From: an uncultured virus (IMG/VR IMGVR_UViG_3300042446_002147)
Taxonomy: Duplodnaviria; Heunggongvirae; Uroviricota; Caudoviricetes
IMG/VR virus record: IMGVR_UViG_3300042446_002147
Location: 1 to 64,000 of that record
DNA: 64,000 nt
Direction: 5' to 3' (one strand)
In this document: piece after piece, positions 50,076 to 59,236 of the stretch
How positions within the stretch are numbered: the first letter of the stretch is position 1
Layout of the letters: every line of letters begins with the position of its first letter
The notes under the pieces: generated by a model
Database searches by the model: none
Told to the model about the DNA's origin: nothing
Seen by the model: the letters and a program-made list of their open reading frames with translations, nothing else
Translations under genes and position numbers: made by a program

Positions 50076-50662
50076 TGGACTATAAAGGTTTAATTGAAAA
50101 AGAAATAGAGTATTTAAGAAAGATACCAACCGAAAGAATTGGCGATATAGTAAGAATAATAAATTCAAATCTAAAAGGCGGAAGAATAATAACTTCCGGT
50201 ATGGGAAAGGCAGGACAAGTTGCTAATACCTTTGCAACTACACTCTGCTCTACAGGAACCCCTTCTTTTTTTCTACATCCTGCAGAAGCTCAACATGGAG
50301 ATCTTGGTATGATAATGCCAGGAGATATAATTATAGTTTTTAGTAACTCAGGAAAAACTAGAGAAGTTATAGAGCTTATAGAACTTGTACATTCTTTAGA
50401 ATATAATAATATTATATTTGGTGTTATAGGAAAAAGAAACCCTCAATTAGATCTAATATTTGCAGATTATATTGAATTTGGTGAGGTGGAAGAAATATGT
50501 CCTCTTGGATTAACACCAACCACTTCAACAACTTGTATGTCAGTTATTTGTGATCTTATGGTAGTTGGAATAATGGCTAATAAAGAATTTACCAAAGAAG
50601 AATACGCAAAATTCCATCATGGCGGATATTTGAATTTAAAGGCTAAAGGAATTTCTAATTAA
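50075..50662 (+). CDS. kdsD: Arabinose-5-phosphate isomerase (KdsD/KpsF SIS domain, no CBS domains)
   Basis: SGMGKAG, STGTPSFFLHPAEAQHGDLG, SNSGKT, CPLGLTPTTST, FHHGG. Confidence 0.85.
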   Translation: MDYKGLIEKEIEYLRKIPTERIGDIVRIINSNLKGGRIITSGMGKAGQVANTFATTLCSTGTPSFFLHPAEAQHGDLGMIMPGDIIIVFSNSGKTREVIELIELVHSLEYNNIIFGVIGKRNPQLDLIFADYIEFGEVEEICPLGLTPTTSTTCMSVICDLMVVGIMANKEFTKEEYAKFHHGGYLNLKAKGISN

Positions 50663-50680
50663 GATAATTTAATAATAGAA

Positions 50681-51139
50681 ATGAATAAAACGATAGGAAT
50701 TACTTGCTCTACTTTTGATCTTTTACATACTGGACATATAATTATGCTAGAGGAGTGTAAAAAATACTGCGATTATTTAATATGCGCAATACAAGTTGAT
50801 CCCTCATTAGATAGAATTGGAAAAAATAAACCAGTGCAGTCTTTAGTTGAAAGGTACATACAATTAGATGCTGTTAAGCATGTTGATAAGATTATACCAT
50901 ACACTAATGAGAAAGAGCTTGAATTAATATTTATGTCATTAGATTTAGACGTTAGAATTATAGGTGAAGAATATAAGGATATAGATTTTACAGGTAAGAA
51001 TATTTGTATAAAAAGAAATATTAAATTAATATACAATAAAAGGGAGCATAATTTTTCTACAACTAATTTAAGAAAATCAATATACTTAAATGAATTAAAT
51101 AAAGAATTAGAAAAAAATAATAAGCCGGATGGAAATTAA
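50681..51139 (+). CDS. HxGH nucleotidyltransferase (glycerol-3-phosphate cytidylyltransferase/RfaE-II-like)
   Basis: TFDLLHTGH, KPVQSLVER, RIIGEEY, R.H.FSTT. Confidence 0.85.
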   Translation: MNKTIGITCSTFDLLHTGHIIMLEECKKYCDYLICAIQVDPSLDRIGKNKPVQSLVERYIQLDAVKHVDKIIPYTNEKELELIFMSLDLDVRIIGEEYKDIDFTGKNICIKRNIKLIYNKREHNFSTTNLRKSIYLNELNKELEKNNKPDGN

Positions 51140-51917
51140 ATATAATAAGATTCTTATAGCAGGTCCTTGCGTAATTCAAAGTTGGGACACTTGTTATGAG
51201 GTAGCTATTGAAATTAAAAGATGTGCACTTCTGTATAATTTTACACCTATCTTCAAAGCAAGTTTTGATAAAGCTAATAGAACTTCGTCTAATGGATTTA
51301 GAGGCGTTGGTATAGATAAAGGATTAGATATACTATCTAAGATCAAACAGAGGCTAGATATACCTGTTATAACGGATGTACACGAAACTGAACAAGTTGA
51401 GCAAGTAGCATCAGTTGTGGATTACTTACAAGTTCCTGCTTTTTTGTCTAGACAGACAGATCTTATTGAAGCATGTGCTAAAACAGGATTACCTGTGTTA
51501 GTTAAAAAAGGACAATTTCTTTCTCCTGAAAGTTGTAAATTCATTGAGGATAAATTTTACAAAGCTGGGGGTACACAATTACTAATAGGTGAAAGGGGTA
51601 ACAGCTTTGGGTATAATGATTTGATAGTTGATGTCACATCAATTTCTAGATTAAAAAAATCCTGCGAAAATTCAAAGATTATAATGGATTGCACACACAG
51701 TCTGCAAAGACCCAATGGAATTTACGGAAAGACAGAAGGGAGAGGTGATATGATCGAAGAGATGGTAAAATATGCTTCAGTAATGAATGCTGATGGAATA
51801 TTTATAGAAACACATCCATACCCAGAACTCTCCCCGTCGGATTCTGAAAATATGTTAGAACTTAGTAAATTTGAAAATATAATAAAAAAATCAAGATCGA
51901 TATATGATACCCACTAA
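51129..51917 (+). CDS. kdsA: KDO-8-phosphate synthase
   Basis: IAGPCVI, FKASFDKANRTS, TDVHE, QVPAFLSRQTDL, KKGQFLSP, ERG, DCTHS, FIETHP. Confidence 0.93.
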   Translation: MEIKYNKILIAGPCVIQSWDTCYEVAIEIKRCALLYNFTPIFKASFDKANRTSSNGFRGVGIDKGLDILSKIKQRLDIPVITDVHETEQVEQVASVVDYLQVPAFLSRQTDLIEACAKTGLPVLVKKGQFLSPESCKFIEDKFYKAGGTQLLIGERGNSFGYNDLIVDVTSISRLKKSCENSKIIMDCTHSLQRPNGIYGKTEGRGDMIEEMVKYASVMNADGIFIETHPYPELSPSDSENMLELSKFENIIKKSRSIYDTH

Positions 51918-52620
51918 ATTAATGGATATAGTGATTGTTAGCTATGCTAAAGATGACTACTGTAAGGGTTTAACTGAAAATTGTATAAAGTCAATTCTAG
52001 AGTCAGAAAATTATTCTGAGAAGCTATTTAATATAATTGTTGTTGAATCTGAACCTGGTGTAAAATGGGAACATCTATCCGATATAGTTCACACATTTGA
52101 AGCTCCTTTACCTTATGGTTATCACAAATTTCTTAACTTTGGTAGAAAGCAGGGAAATTCACAATTCGTTGCTCTCTGTAATAATGATTTAGAATTTAAA
52201 GAAAAATGGTTTACTAATATAATGAAAGCATCTGTTATGGAATCTGATGTCATATCATTTTCTCCTATATGTCCGATGACTCAGACAATTTACGAGATAT
52301 ACGAGCACTCAGGAAATATTGAAGGATACGAAATAAGAAAACATATATCTGGATGGTGTATAATACACAAGAGGGAAATTTATAATATAATTGGGGATCT
52401 TGATGAAAGATTTCATCATTGGTTCTGTGATAATGATTATTCAATGGAGCTTCAATATCATGGACTTAAACACATGCTTGTCACTGATTCAATTGTGATA
52501 CATCACGATAAAAATATAGGAAAAACCACAGAAAGAGTTATAACTGATAGAAATCAGATGTATGATATGACTAGTGGTTCTTTGCCTATCTTTCAAGAAA
52601 AATGGAGAAATAAAATATAA
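51904..52620 (+). CDS. GT2-family glycosyltransferase
   Basis: IVIVSY, LNFG, CNND, SGWC, GDLDERF...DND. Confidence 0.8.
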   Translation: MIPTKLMDIVIVSYAKDDYCKGLTENCIKSILESENYSEKLFNIIVVESEPGVKWEHLSDIVHTFEAPLPYGYHKFLNFGRKQGNSQFVALCNNDLEFKEKWFTNIMKASVMESDVISFSPICPMTQTIYEIYEHSGNIEGYEIRKHISGWCIIHKREIYNIIGDLDERFHHWFCDNDYSMELQYHGLKHMLVTDSIVIHHDKNIGKTTERVITDRNQMYDMTSGSLPIFQEKWRNKI

Positions 52621-52630
52621 AATATAAAAT

Positions 52631-53254
52631 ATGAAAAGATATGAAATGATCAACCGTGTTATCGAATCAAAAGGATACACGAATTATTTAGAAATAGGAG
52701 TGAGAGACGGTGAATGCTTCAAAGAGATTTGCTGTAAGAATAAAACCGGGGTGGATCCTAATCCCACTAGTGATCATACAACACATATAATGACTTCTGA
52801 CGATTTCTTTTATGAATTAGACGAGAATTCTATGTTTGATGTGATATTCATTGATGGGTTACACTTAGATCATCAAGTAAATAAAGATATTGAAAATTCA
52901 TTAAAGCATTTAAAAGAAGGTGGAACTATACTTCTTCATGATTGTAATCCACCAACTAAATATCATGCTGCAGAATCTCCTGTTTATTCTGCACCTGCTA
53001 ACGGTGATTGGAATGGTACTGTGTATCTTTCCTTGATTAATTTAAGATTATACAGAAATAATTTGAGATTAAGAACGGTGGATTCTGATTGGGGAGTTGG
53101 CTTATTAACAAAAGAGACGAGCGAGACTTTAAATGCTTTTCCTAATGATGCTATGTCATGGGAATTCTTTTATGAAAACCGACAAGAAATACTCGATTTA
53201 GTTACAGTTGATGAATTTATTAATCTTTATCCTGTCAATCTTCTAGTTGACTAA
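52631..53254 (+). CDS. Class I SAM methyltransferase (Methyltransf_24-like)
   Basis: YLEIGV, GVDP, TSDDFF, FDVIFIDGLH, LLHDCNP, DWGVG. Confidence 0.85.
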   Translation: MKRYEMINRVIESKGYTNYLEIGVRDGECFKEICCKNKTGVDPNPTSDHTTHIMTSDDFFYELDENSMFDVIFIDGLHLDHQVNKDIENSLKHLKEGGTILLHDCNPPTKYHAAESPVYSAPANGDWNGTVYLSLINLRLYRNNLRLRTVDSDWGVGLLTKETSETLNAFPNDAMSWEFFYENRQEILDLVTVDEFINLYPVNLLVD

Positions 53255-53291
53255 TGAAATTATTCCAATTTATTAGAGTATAAAATTTATT

Positions 53292-53552
53292 ATGAAAATA
53301 GAAAATGGTTATAAACTATGTTTGACTAAAGAAAAAGGCAAGACTAAAATAGAGATAACTAGGCATAAAAATCCAGTAATGGATAATATTTTAATAATAA
53401 ACAGCATAGGAAGTACAAGATACGAAGACACATGGATAATAGAGAAAGATTTAGATGGATGGTTATCCAGTTTAAAAAATGAAGGTTTTACTGAAATAAA
53501 TATAAATGAGGATGTGGAATCTCCTAAAGAAAATAATAAGAAAAAAAAATAA
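53292..53552 (+). CDS. Hypothetical protein
   Basis: 86-aa ORF after a promoter-like motif. Confidence 0.6.
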   Translation: MKIENGYKLCLTKEKGKTKIEITRHKNPVMDNILIINSIGSTRYEDTWIIEKDLDGWLSSLKNEGFTEININEDVESPKENNKKKK

Positions 53553-53553
53553 G

Positions 53554-54132
53554 ATGGAAAACATAGAAGAAATCGATATTGAGTACCTTGATAAAGAACT
53601 AAGCCCTTTTGTTTATAAATGGACCAAAGGAGATAACGATGGGGAAATATGTGAATATGAAAACTTATTTAAAGATCCAACTACTGGAATTATTTGGATA
53701 AACTTTAGAGGTGGTAGTAGAATTAATTATTTATTATTAAATGATTTTATGCTACAGATAGAACCTTCAGCGGTTAAGGAAGAAGCTATAGAGCAATTAG
53801 CAAATCTTCCAATGAGAAATGTTATGCTTTCTGATAATAAATCTAAAGTTACACTTCCTGATAATCCTATTGTTTCTTTATTACAGAAACAAAAGCCAAA
53901 CTGGGTCGAGGTTGGTATTAATCTTAAATTGAATCTACCTACTAAGAATCTTTATAATGTATTAACTAGCTCTTTTGAAGATGCGGAAGAAGAAATTATA
54001 GAATTTGTAGTGAGGGATCTTGATATAGAATTAATTAAAGACAGTTTGAGGATAAATATAAAAGATATATATAATAAAAGTAATGGAACTTTACGAAAAA
54101 GCGGATCCCAAGATAATACAAAAGACGGGTAA
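53554..54132 (+). CDS. Hypothetical protein
   Basis: Likely start MENIEE, 1 nt after the upstream stop. Confidence 0.6.
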   Translation: MENIEEIDIEYLDKELSPFVYKWTKGDNDGEICEYENLFKDPTTGIIWINFRGGSRINYLLLNDFMLQIEPSAVKEEAIEQLANLPMRNVMLSDNKSKVTLPDNPIVSLLQKQKPNWVEVGINLKLNLPTKNLYNVLTSSFEDAEEEIIEFVVRDLDIELIKDSLRINIKDIYNKSNGTLRKSGSQDNTKDG

Positions 54133-54646
54133 TATAGAGGTTATTGATATAGATGACCATTTATTTATACGACAAATAAATCCAGGGGTTATTATAATGC
54201 CTTACACTTCCGATGAGTCAGGATTCCCTGTTAAAATAGGTGTTATTTCTGAGGTATTAGATCAAAGACCTGGTGGAATGTCTATGACACTTATTACGGG
54301 ATCGACAGAAGATGATGATAAAAATATTTATCAAACAGCAGTTAGGGAGTTAAGGGAGGAATCAGGATTTGAAATTAAAGATTTAAAAAGATGGAAATTC
54401 TTAGGAAGTCTATACACATCTAAAATGGTTATGAACTCCAATCCTTGTTTTGCTGTTGATATTACAGGGACTGTAGCTGAGGAGAAAGAAACTGACGGAT
54501 CACAATCAGAGAAAGATTCAAAATTTGAATTAATTAGTGTGGACAATGCTTTGGATCTAGAAGATTCATTAGTTAGCACTTTATTTATAAAAACATTTAA
54601 AAACCTTTTTAATAAAAATGAACAAGATACAGAATCTCCCGAATAG
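54083..54646 (+). CDS. NUDIX hydrolase
   Basis: TGSTE...TAVRELREESGF Nudix box; GATATATA at 54064-54071. Confidence 0.85.
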   Translation: MELYEKADPKIIQKTGNIEVIDIDDHLFIRQINPGVIIMPYTSDESGFPVKIGVISEVLDQRPGGMSMTLITGSTEDDDKNIYQTAVRELREESGFEIKDLKRWKFLGSLYTSKMVMNSNPCFAVDITGTVAEEKETDGSQSEKDSKFELISVDNALDLEDSLVSTLFIKTFKNLFNKNEQDTESPE

Positions 54647-54806
54647 AAAGGATAGAAGAAAAATGGCCAAAGACCTTGGTCTTTTTGGTAAGAAAAAAGA
54701 TAAAGCAGAAACGGCTGAATCTAAAGAAAGAACTAAAGCTGTAGGAAATCTTATTAGACTTAGGAATCTTACGGAGCAAAGAAATAATAACAAAACTAAA
54801 GACTAA
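54618..54806 (+). CDS. Small basic hypothetical protein
   Basis: 62 aa with PNRKDRRK motif; fills the operon gap. Confidence 0.55.
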   Translation: MNKIQNLPNRKDRRKMAKDLGLFGKKKDKAETAESKERTKAVGNLIRLRNLTEQRNNNKTKD

Positions 54807-54809
54807 AAG

Positions 54810-55139
54810 TTGGAGTGTTTTAAATCATTTATAGTATCAAAATCTGATAAGGTTAAAACAATAGATACAGATTCTATTGGTCCTTATCATGTTATAGATG
54901 TAAATATGTGGTTTAAAACAAACAGTTTAACCCCTTCAAATATGAACGAAATTCGCCAATACATATTTGAAGAATGGCTACATAAAAAAATAGTTACTTC
55001 TAAAACAAAAGTTGTTTCTGGTAGTAACTTAGTGGTAGTTTATGATAGTCCTACCGATCCTTTTATTGATTTATTAAAAAATAAAATTTCCGAAATTCTT
55101 GAATTTGAATTTTGTGATATTATTTTAATAGATGAATAG
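54810..55139 (+). CDS. Hypothetical protein
   Basis: 109-aa ORF with TTG start; fills the gap. Confidence 0.5.
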   Translation: MECFKSFIVSKSDKVKTIDTDSIGPYHVIDVNMWFKTNSLTPSNMNEIRQYIFEEWLHKKIVTSKTKVVSGSNLVVVYDSPTDPFIDLLKNKISEILEFEFCDIILIDE

Positions 55140-55158
55140 AAAGTAAGGTATATAATAC

Positions 55159-56982
55159 ATGGCAGCACCTTTCTCATTTTCATCAGATGTACAAGATTTT
55201 GAAAGATCTGGTAAGAATATATTTAAGTTCGATAGCGACAAAGTATTTGCTACATACGAACTATCCGATCTAGCAACTCTTCCTAAAAGTTTATTTTATG
55301 ATGCTGCAACAGCAGATGGTGCGGGATATGCTGGTCTTTTTGCTTATTATGTTTTAGGTAGGGGTGCTGGAGGACAAAATGTTAAATACCATTTATCTGA
55401 GACAACTAATGAATTAAAAAACGTAACATCACAAGAATCAAGAAATCCCACAGCAGCTCAAATAATATCAATAACTTCAGGAAAAACTAGTGAAAACTCT
55501 GTGCCTGCTTATTTAGATCCTAAAAGTCCTTATAGAGGACAACTTTATAATGTTAAGGATTTTATATTTTGTAAATATTATGGTATTATTCCTAATAATA
55601 GGATGATAACTTTGAGAAGATTTCCGCATCCTACATTAGATTCACTAAGAACTATTCCAGATGGAGGTGTTGGAGATTTTGGATTTTCTCAGAAAGATAA
55701 AAAGAAAATAACTTTTGAAGCTAGAGGAGTTCCTGAACTAGGTAAATTACATGATAAAACTGGGGAACTTAACACATCCCTTCCTGTTGCACAAGCGGTT
55801 ACATTTTTTGGTGGTGACACAGGTAACTCACTATCCACTGTATTAGGAATAAACACGGGTTTAAATTTTGGCGTACAGACACAGGAAGCTGTAAAAAATG
55901 AACAAACAGGGGATCCTGGGTTAATGAATTCTCCATATGGAGATTTAATAAAATCTTTAATAACTGGGACTGGAATAGATTTTGATCCAGAGGTAGCGGA
56001 TAATTTAGCTGGTACATTATTAACTCCGGAGAAAAACAGAAACAGATTACAAAGAATGTTATTAGATCAGGCAGTAAGTGAAGACGGGCCGTTATCTAAA
56101 AAAATATTTGTCAATGTAAATACTGTTAATCAGATGATGATCAGATCGCAAGGTTTTAATGGAGGATTTGATTCCTTTACCTTGGATTTTCATTATAATT
56201 TAACATCAGTTGGTAGAATTAATTCTAAGATTCTATTTCTTGATCTTATGACTAATCTTTTATCTATAGGATCAGATTATGGCCAATTTTTATCACCAGA
56301 GCTTAGATTATCTCAAACTAGTGTGGGATTAGGATTTCCTGGTGGACCCGCAGGATATGCAAAATCTATAGTTGATCCCATAGGTTATATTAGAGATACT
56401 GTTTCAAAAATGCTTTCAAAAGATAATGTTGATAGGCAATTAGAAAACGAAAAAGGATTAGCTGACCGGGTGTCACAGATAGCAGCAGAGGTTAAAGCTT
56501 TTGCTAATGATCCATCAAAAGGTTTAGGACCAGATTCAACACTAATGAAATCTATATCTGTAATGTTAAGTGATGCTTTTCTTAAGAAGGTTTATTTTTC
56601 TCCTATTATGCTTAGTGGATATCCGACCGGAGATTGGCATATGGTAGTTGGTAACCCTTTAAATCCTATTGCTATGATAGGAAATTTAGTTTGTACAAAT
56701 GTTAAAATCACCTTCGGTGATGATCTAGGACCTGATGATTTTCCTACTGAATTAAAAGCTACATATACTTTACAACCAGGAAGACAAAGACATAGAGGCG
56801 ATTTTGACTCAATGTTTAATAGAGGTAGTGGTAGACTATATCTTGGTCAATTAGTATCTTCTGGAGAATCTACTAAAGCATTTATTAATACCAGAGGAAT
56901 ATTCACTAATGAAATAAAAAATATAGACCAGACAGTAATACAAGGATCTAGTACAACTACAGGATCGGAAAAAGTAAATTAG
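55159..56982 (+). CDS. Putative baseplate/tail structural protein
   Basis: First gene of an operon with gp53-like and gp5-like genes; GNPLNPIAMIGNLVC...GPDDFPTELKATYTL resembles tube-fold C-termini. Confidence 0.5.
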   Translation: MAAPFSFSSDVQDFERSGKNIFKFDSDKVFATYELSDLATLPKSLFYDAATADGAGYAGLFAYYVLGRGAGGQNVKYHLSETTNELKNVTSQESRNPTAAQIISITSGKTSENSVPAYLDPKSPYRGQLYNVKDFIFCKYYGIIPNNRMITLRRFPHPTLDSLRTIPDGGVGDFGFSQKDKKKITFEARGVPELGKLHDKTGELNTSLPVAQAVTFFGGDTGNSLSTVLGINTGLNFGVQTQEAVKNEQTGDPGLMNSPYGDLIKSLITGTGIDFDPEVADNLAGTLLTPEKNRNRLQRMLLDQAVSEDGPLSKKIFVNVNTVNQMMIRSQGFNGGFDSFTLDFHYNLTSVGRINSKILFLDLMTNLLSIGSDYGQFLSPELRLSQTSVGLGFPGGPAGYAKSIVDPIGYIRDTVSKMLSKDNVDRQLENEKGLADRVSQIAAEVKAFANDPSKGLGPDSTLMKSISVMLSDAFLKKVYFSPIMLSGYPTGDWHMVVGNPLNPIAMIGNLVCTNVKITFGDDLGPDDFPTELKATYTLQPGRQRHRGDFDSMFNRGSGRLYLGQLVSSGESTKAFINTRGIFTNEIKNIDQTVIQGSSTTTGSEKVN

Positions 56983-56999
56983 AAAAATAATAATAATAG

Positions 57000-57605
57000 A
57001 TGTTAATTATTGATATAATAGAAGCAAAACCTTATAGGACAGATCCCAATACTAAAATATCTTTATTGGATCTTGTTAGTCCATCTTGGGATCCAAAATC
57101 TATTGGTTATGAATTAAAAAGTATTGCCATAGTAACTGACGAAACTGAAATGAGACCTGATTTAATTGCTCTTTCATATATGAGTGAAGCTAGTCATTTA
57201 GGTACATTATTAAAAATAAATAATATATCTAATCCTCTTAGCTTACTAAGAGGTGAGGTTTTATTAGTACCATCGGATAAGATGATGAAAAATTTATTCG
57301 CTAGCGGACAAGCTGTAAATAACCAGAAACAGAAAGCTAAATCTTTCAGAAAAGAATTACAGGAAAAAATATCACAGGTCAGTCAGGAAAGACTTGAGTA
57401 TTTGAATTCTAAAAATATATCAAATCTAACAGAAACTCCTCTTCCACCAAATATGTTAAAAGAAGGAGAACAACAAATATTAGTTGAAGGTGGGAGATTA
57501 ATATTTGGACCTGATATAGGAACTTGTAGAGCTAAGACAAAAAAGAATGTTTCTATTACTGATATAAAGTCTAAGCTTGCACAGAAGAACATTTTTAAAA
57601 GATAA
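57000..57605 (+). CDS. Baseplate wedge protein (gp53/LysM-like)
   Basis: RPDLIALSYM...LLKINNISNPLSL..GEVLLVP. Confidence 0.7.
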   Translation: MLIIDIIEAKPYRTDPNTKISLLDLVSPSWDPKSIGYELKSIAIVTDETEMRPDLIALSYMSEASHLGTLLKINNISNPLSLLRGEVLLVPSDKMMKNLFASGQAVNNQKQKAKSFRKELQEKISQVSQERLEYLNSKNISNLTETPLPPNMLKEGEQQILVEGGRLIFGPDIGTCRAKTKKNVSITDIKSKLAQKNIFKR

Positions 57606-57608
57606 TAA

Positions 57609-59222
57609 ATGGCTGTAGATTTTAATTTAAGAAAAGCTATATTACAATATAGAGATCCCACTATATTACTGGATGAATTAGGAATAGTTGACACGTCCTC
57701 ACAGGAAGGGGATATAACAGCAAATGACCAAAGATCTGGAAATATACAAAAAAAATATACAGGGCTAGCTGAGCCTTTAGTAAGGATTAATAATGCTACT
57801 ATTACAGGTATTAAATATTTTAATCTGGATCTGACTGGATTTAAACCCACACTTTTATTTAGATTTGAAACAATAGATGAGAGATTTCTTTTCACGTCAT
57901 ATCCTAAAGACGGTGATATAGTTTCTTTGTATATAAGGCCTTTTGGTGAATTATTTAAACCTATTAGGATGGATTTTATTATAAACGAGGTGATATCTCC
58001 TTTTAATAATGGACCATATAACACAAATGAACCATCAACTGGTAAATTCCTTTCCTTTACTGTAATGTGTGAAGTGAGAATACCAAAACTATATAAACAT
58101 ATATGTAAGAATATTAGAGGAACAAGTACAGAAGCATTAATAAAAATAGCGGAAGATCTTGGTCTAGGATATGCTTCTAACGAAGTAAAGATGAACGATC
58201 CAATGAATTGGCTTTCACCTAATCTTGATTACGAATCTTTTATAAAAAATATAGTTAATGGTGCTTGGTTAGGAGAGGATGATTATTTTGATTGTTGGAT
58301 AGATCAATATTATAATATAAATCTAGTAAATCTTAAAAAACAATTTGACGAGCAGAATTCTAAAATTGACACAATGAGAATGGCTTACGGTGTTGATTCA
58401 TTCGGTGATTTAAGTGGAGGTGCAGAACCTGCTGAAGTTGAATTCCCTATTGTTCTTACAAATTCAACGCAATTTGAGAAGTCTCCCCTTTTTATTAAAG
58501 ATCTTGCTTTGGAACAAAACTCTGGGTCTATTAATAAAGATCTAGGATATTTTCAAAAGATTCAATTCTACGATGATAAATTAAAATCAGATAAGCCTAA
58601 AAATAAGTTCGTTGAATATTCTATAGAATCGGTAACTAATAAGGATTTAAGTTCTAGGGACACTTTAAATAAAGGAAGATTAGGAGAGGATGTATATAAG
58701 GACGAGGAAAAGAAAACTTATATAGGTACGATGTACTTTGATAATGTTCATGAAAATTTTCAACAGGCATCTATACAAAATATACTTAATAGAAATGATA
58801 GTTATAAGACTATATTAAAAGTGAAAAATAGAGCATGGACTCCTTTTTTATATAGAGGACAAACATTCCCTGTAATTATTATGAGCGAAGGGAGTACTAC
58901 AGCTTCTTCAGATTCTGCAATGGGTCCAGGAGGAAAAAAAGCTTCTTTAGCACCAGACGGAGATAAAAGAGTACCTAATGTATTTCTCTCTGGTAATTAT
59001 GTTGTTCTTGGTTTTAATTTAGAGTTTAATCCTAATGATGGGATATATCAAAGTATGATTCTTGGTAAAAAACAATGGACTTTAAATCCTGGGATTATTT
59101 CAGATCCTAAGACATTAGATCCTAAAGTTGATGATGCACAATTTAATGATTTAGTTAAAAATTCATCTACTATATTACAACAAGAAGTTGGCAAAATAAA
59201 AAGCAGCATATTTGCTGGATAA
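57609..59222 (+). CDS. Putative baseplate hub protein (gp27/gpD-like)
   Basis: Lies between wedge and spike genes; EALIKIAEDLGLG, WIDQYY and LSGNYVV pattern. Confidence 0.55.
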   Translation: MAVDFNLRKAILQYRDPTILLDELGIVDTSSQEGDITANDQRSGNIQKKYTGLAEPLVRINNATITGIKYFNLDLTGFKPTLLFRFETIDERFLFTSYPKDGDIVSLYIRPFGELFKPIRMDFIINEVISPFNNGPYNTNEPSTGKFLSFTVMCEVRIPKLYKHICKNIRGTSTEALIKIAEDLGLGYASNEVKMNDPMNWLSPNLDYESFIKNIVNGAWLGEDDYFDCWIDQYYNINLVNLKKQFDEQNSKIDTMRMAYGVDSFGDLSGGAEPAEVEFPIVLTNSTQFEKSPLFIKDLALEQNSGSINKDLGYFQKIQFYDDKLKSDKPKNKFVEYSIESVTNKDLSSRDTLNKGRLGEDVYKDEEKKTYIGTMYFDNVHENFQQASIQNILNRNDSYKTILKVKNRAWTPFLYRGQTFPVIIMSEGSTTASSDSAMGPGGKKASLAPDGDKRVPNVFLSGNYVVLGFNLEFNPNDGIYQSMILGKKQWTLNPGIISDPKTLDPKVDDAQFNDLVKNSSTILQQEVGKIKSSIFAG

Positions 59223-59236
59223 ATAATTTTTAAAAG

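Noticed and set aside
30238..53254. Bacterial O-antigen/capsule locus (host chromosome)
   Set aside because: No flippase, polymerase or initiating transferase recognised; flanked by phage structural genes and sharing the promoter-like motifs found elsewhere in the window.
57383..58024. 213-aa minus-strand ORF and other short antisense ORFs in the track
   Set aside because: They lie opposite well-supported genes and have no recognisable motifs.
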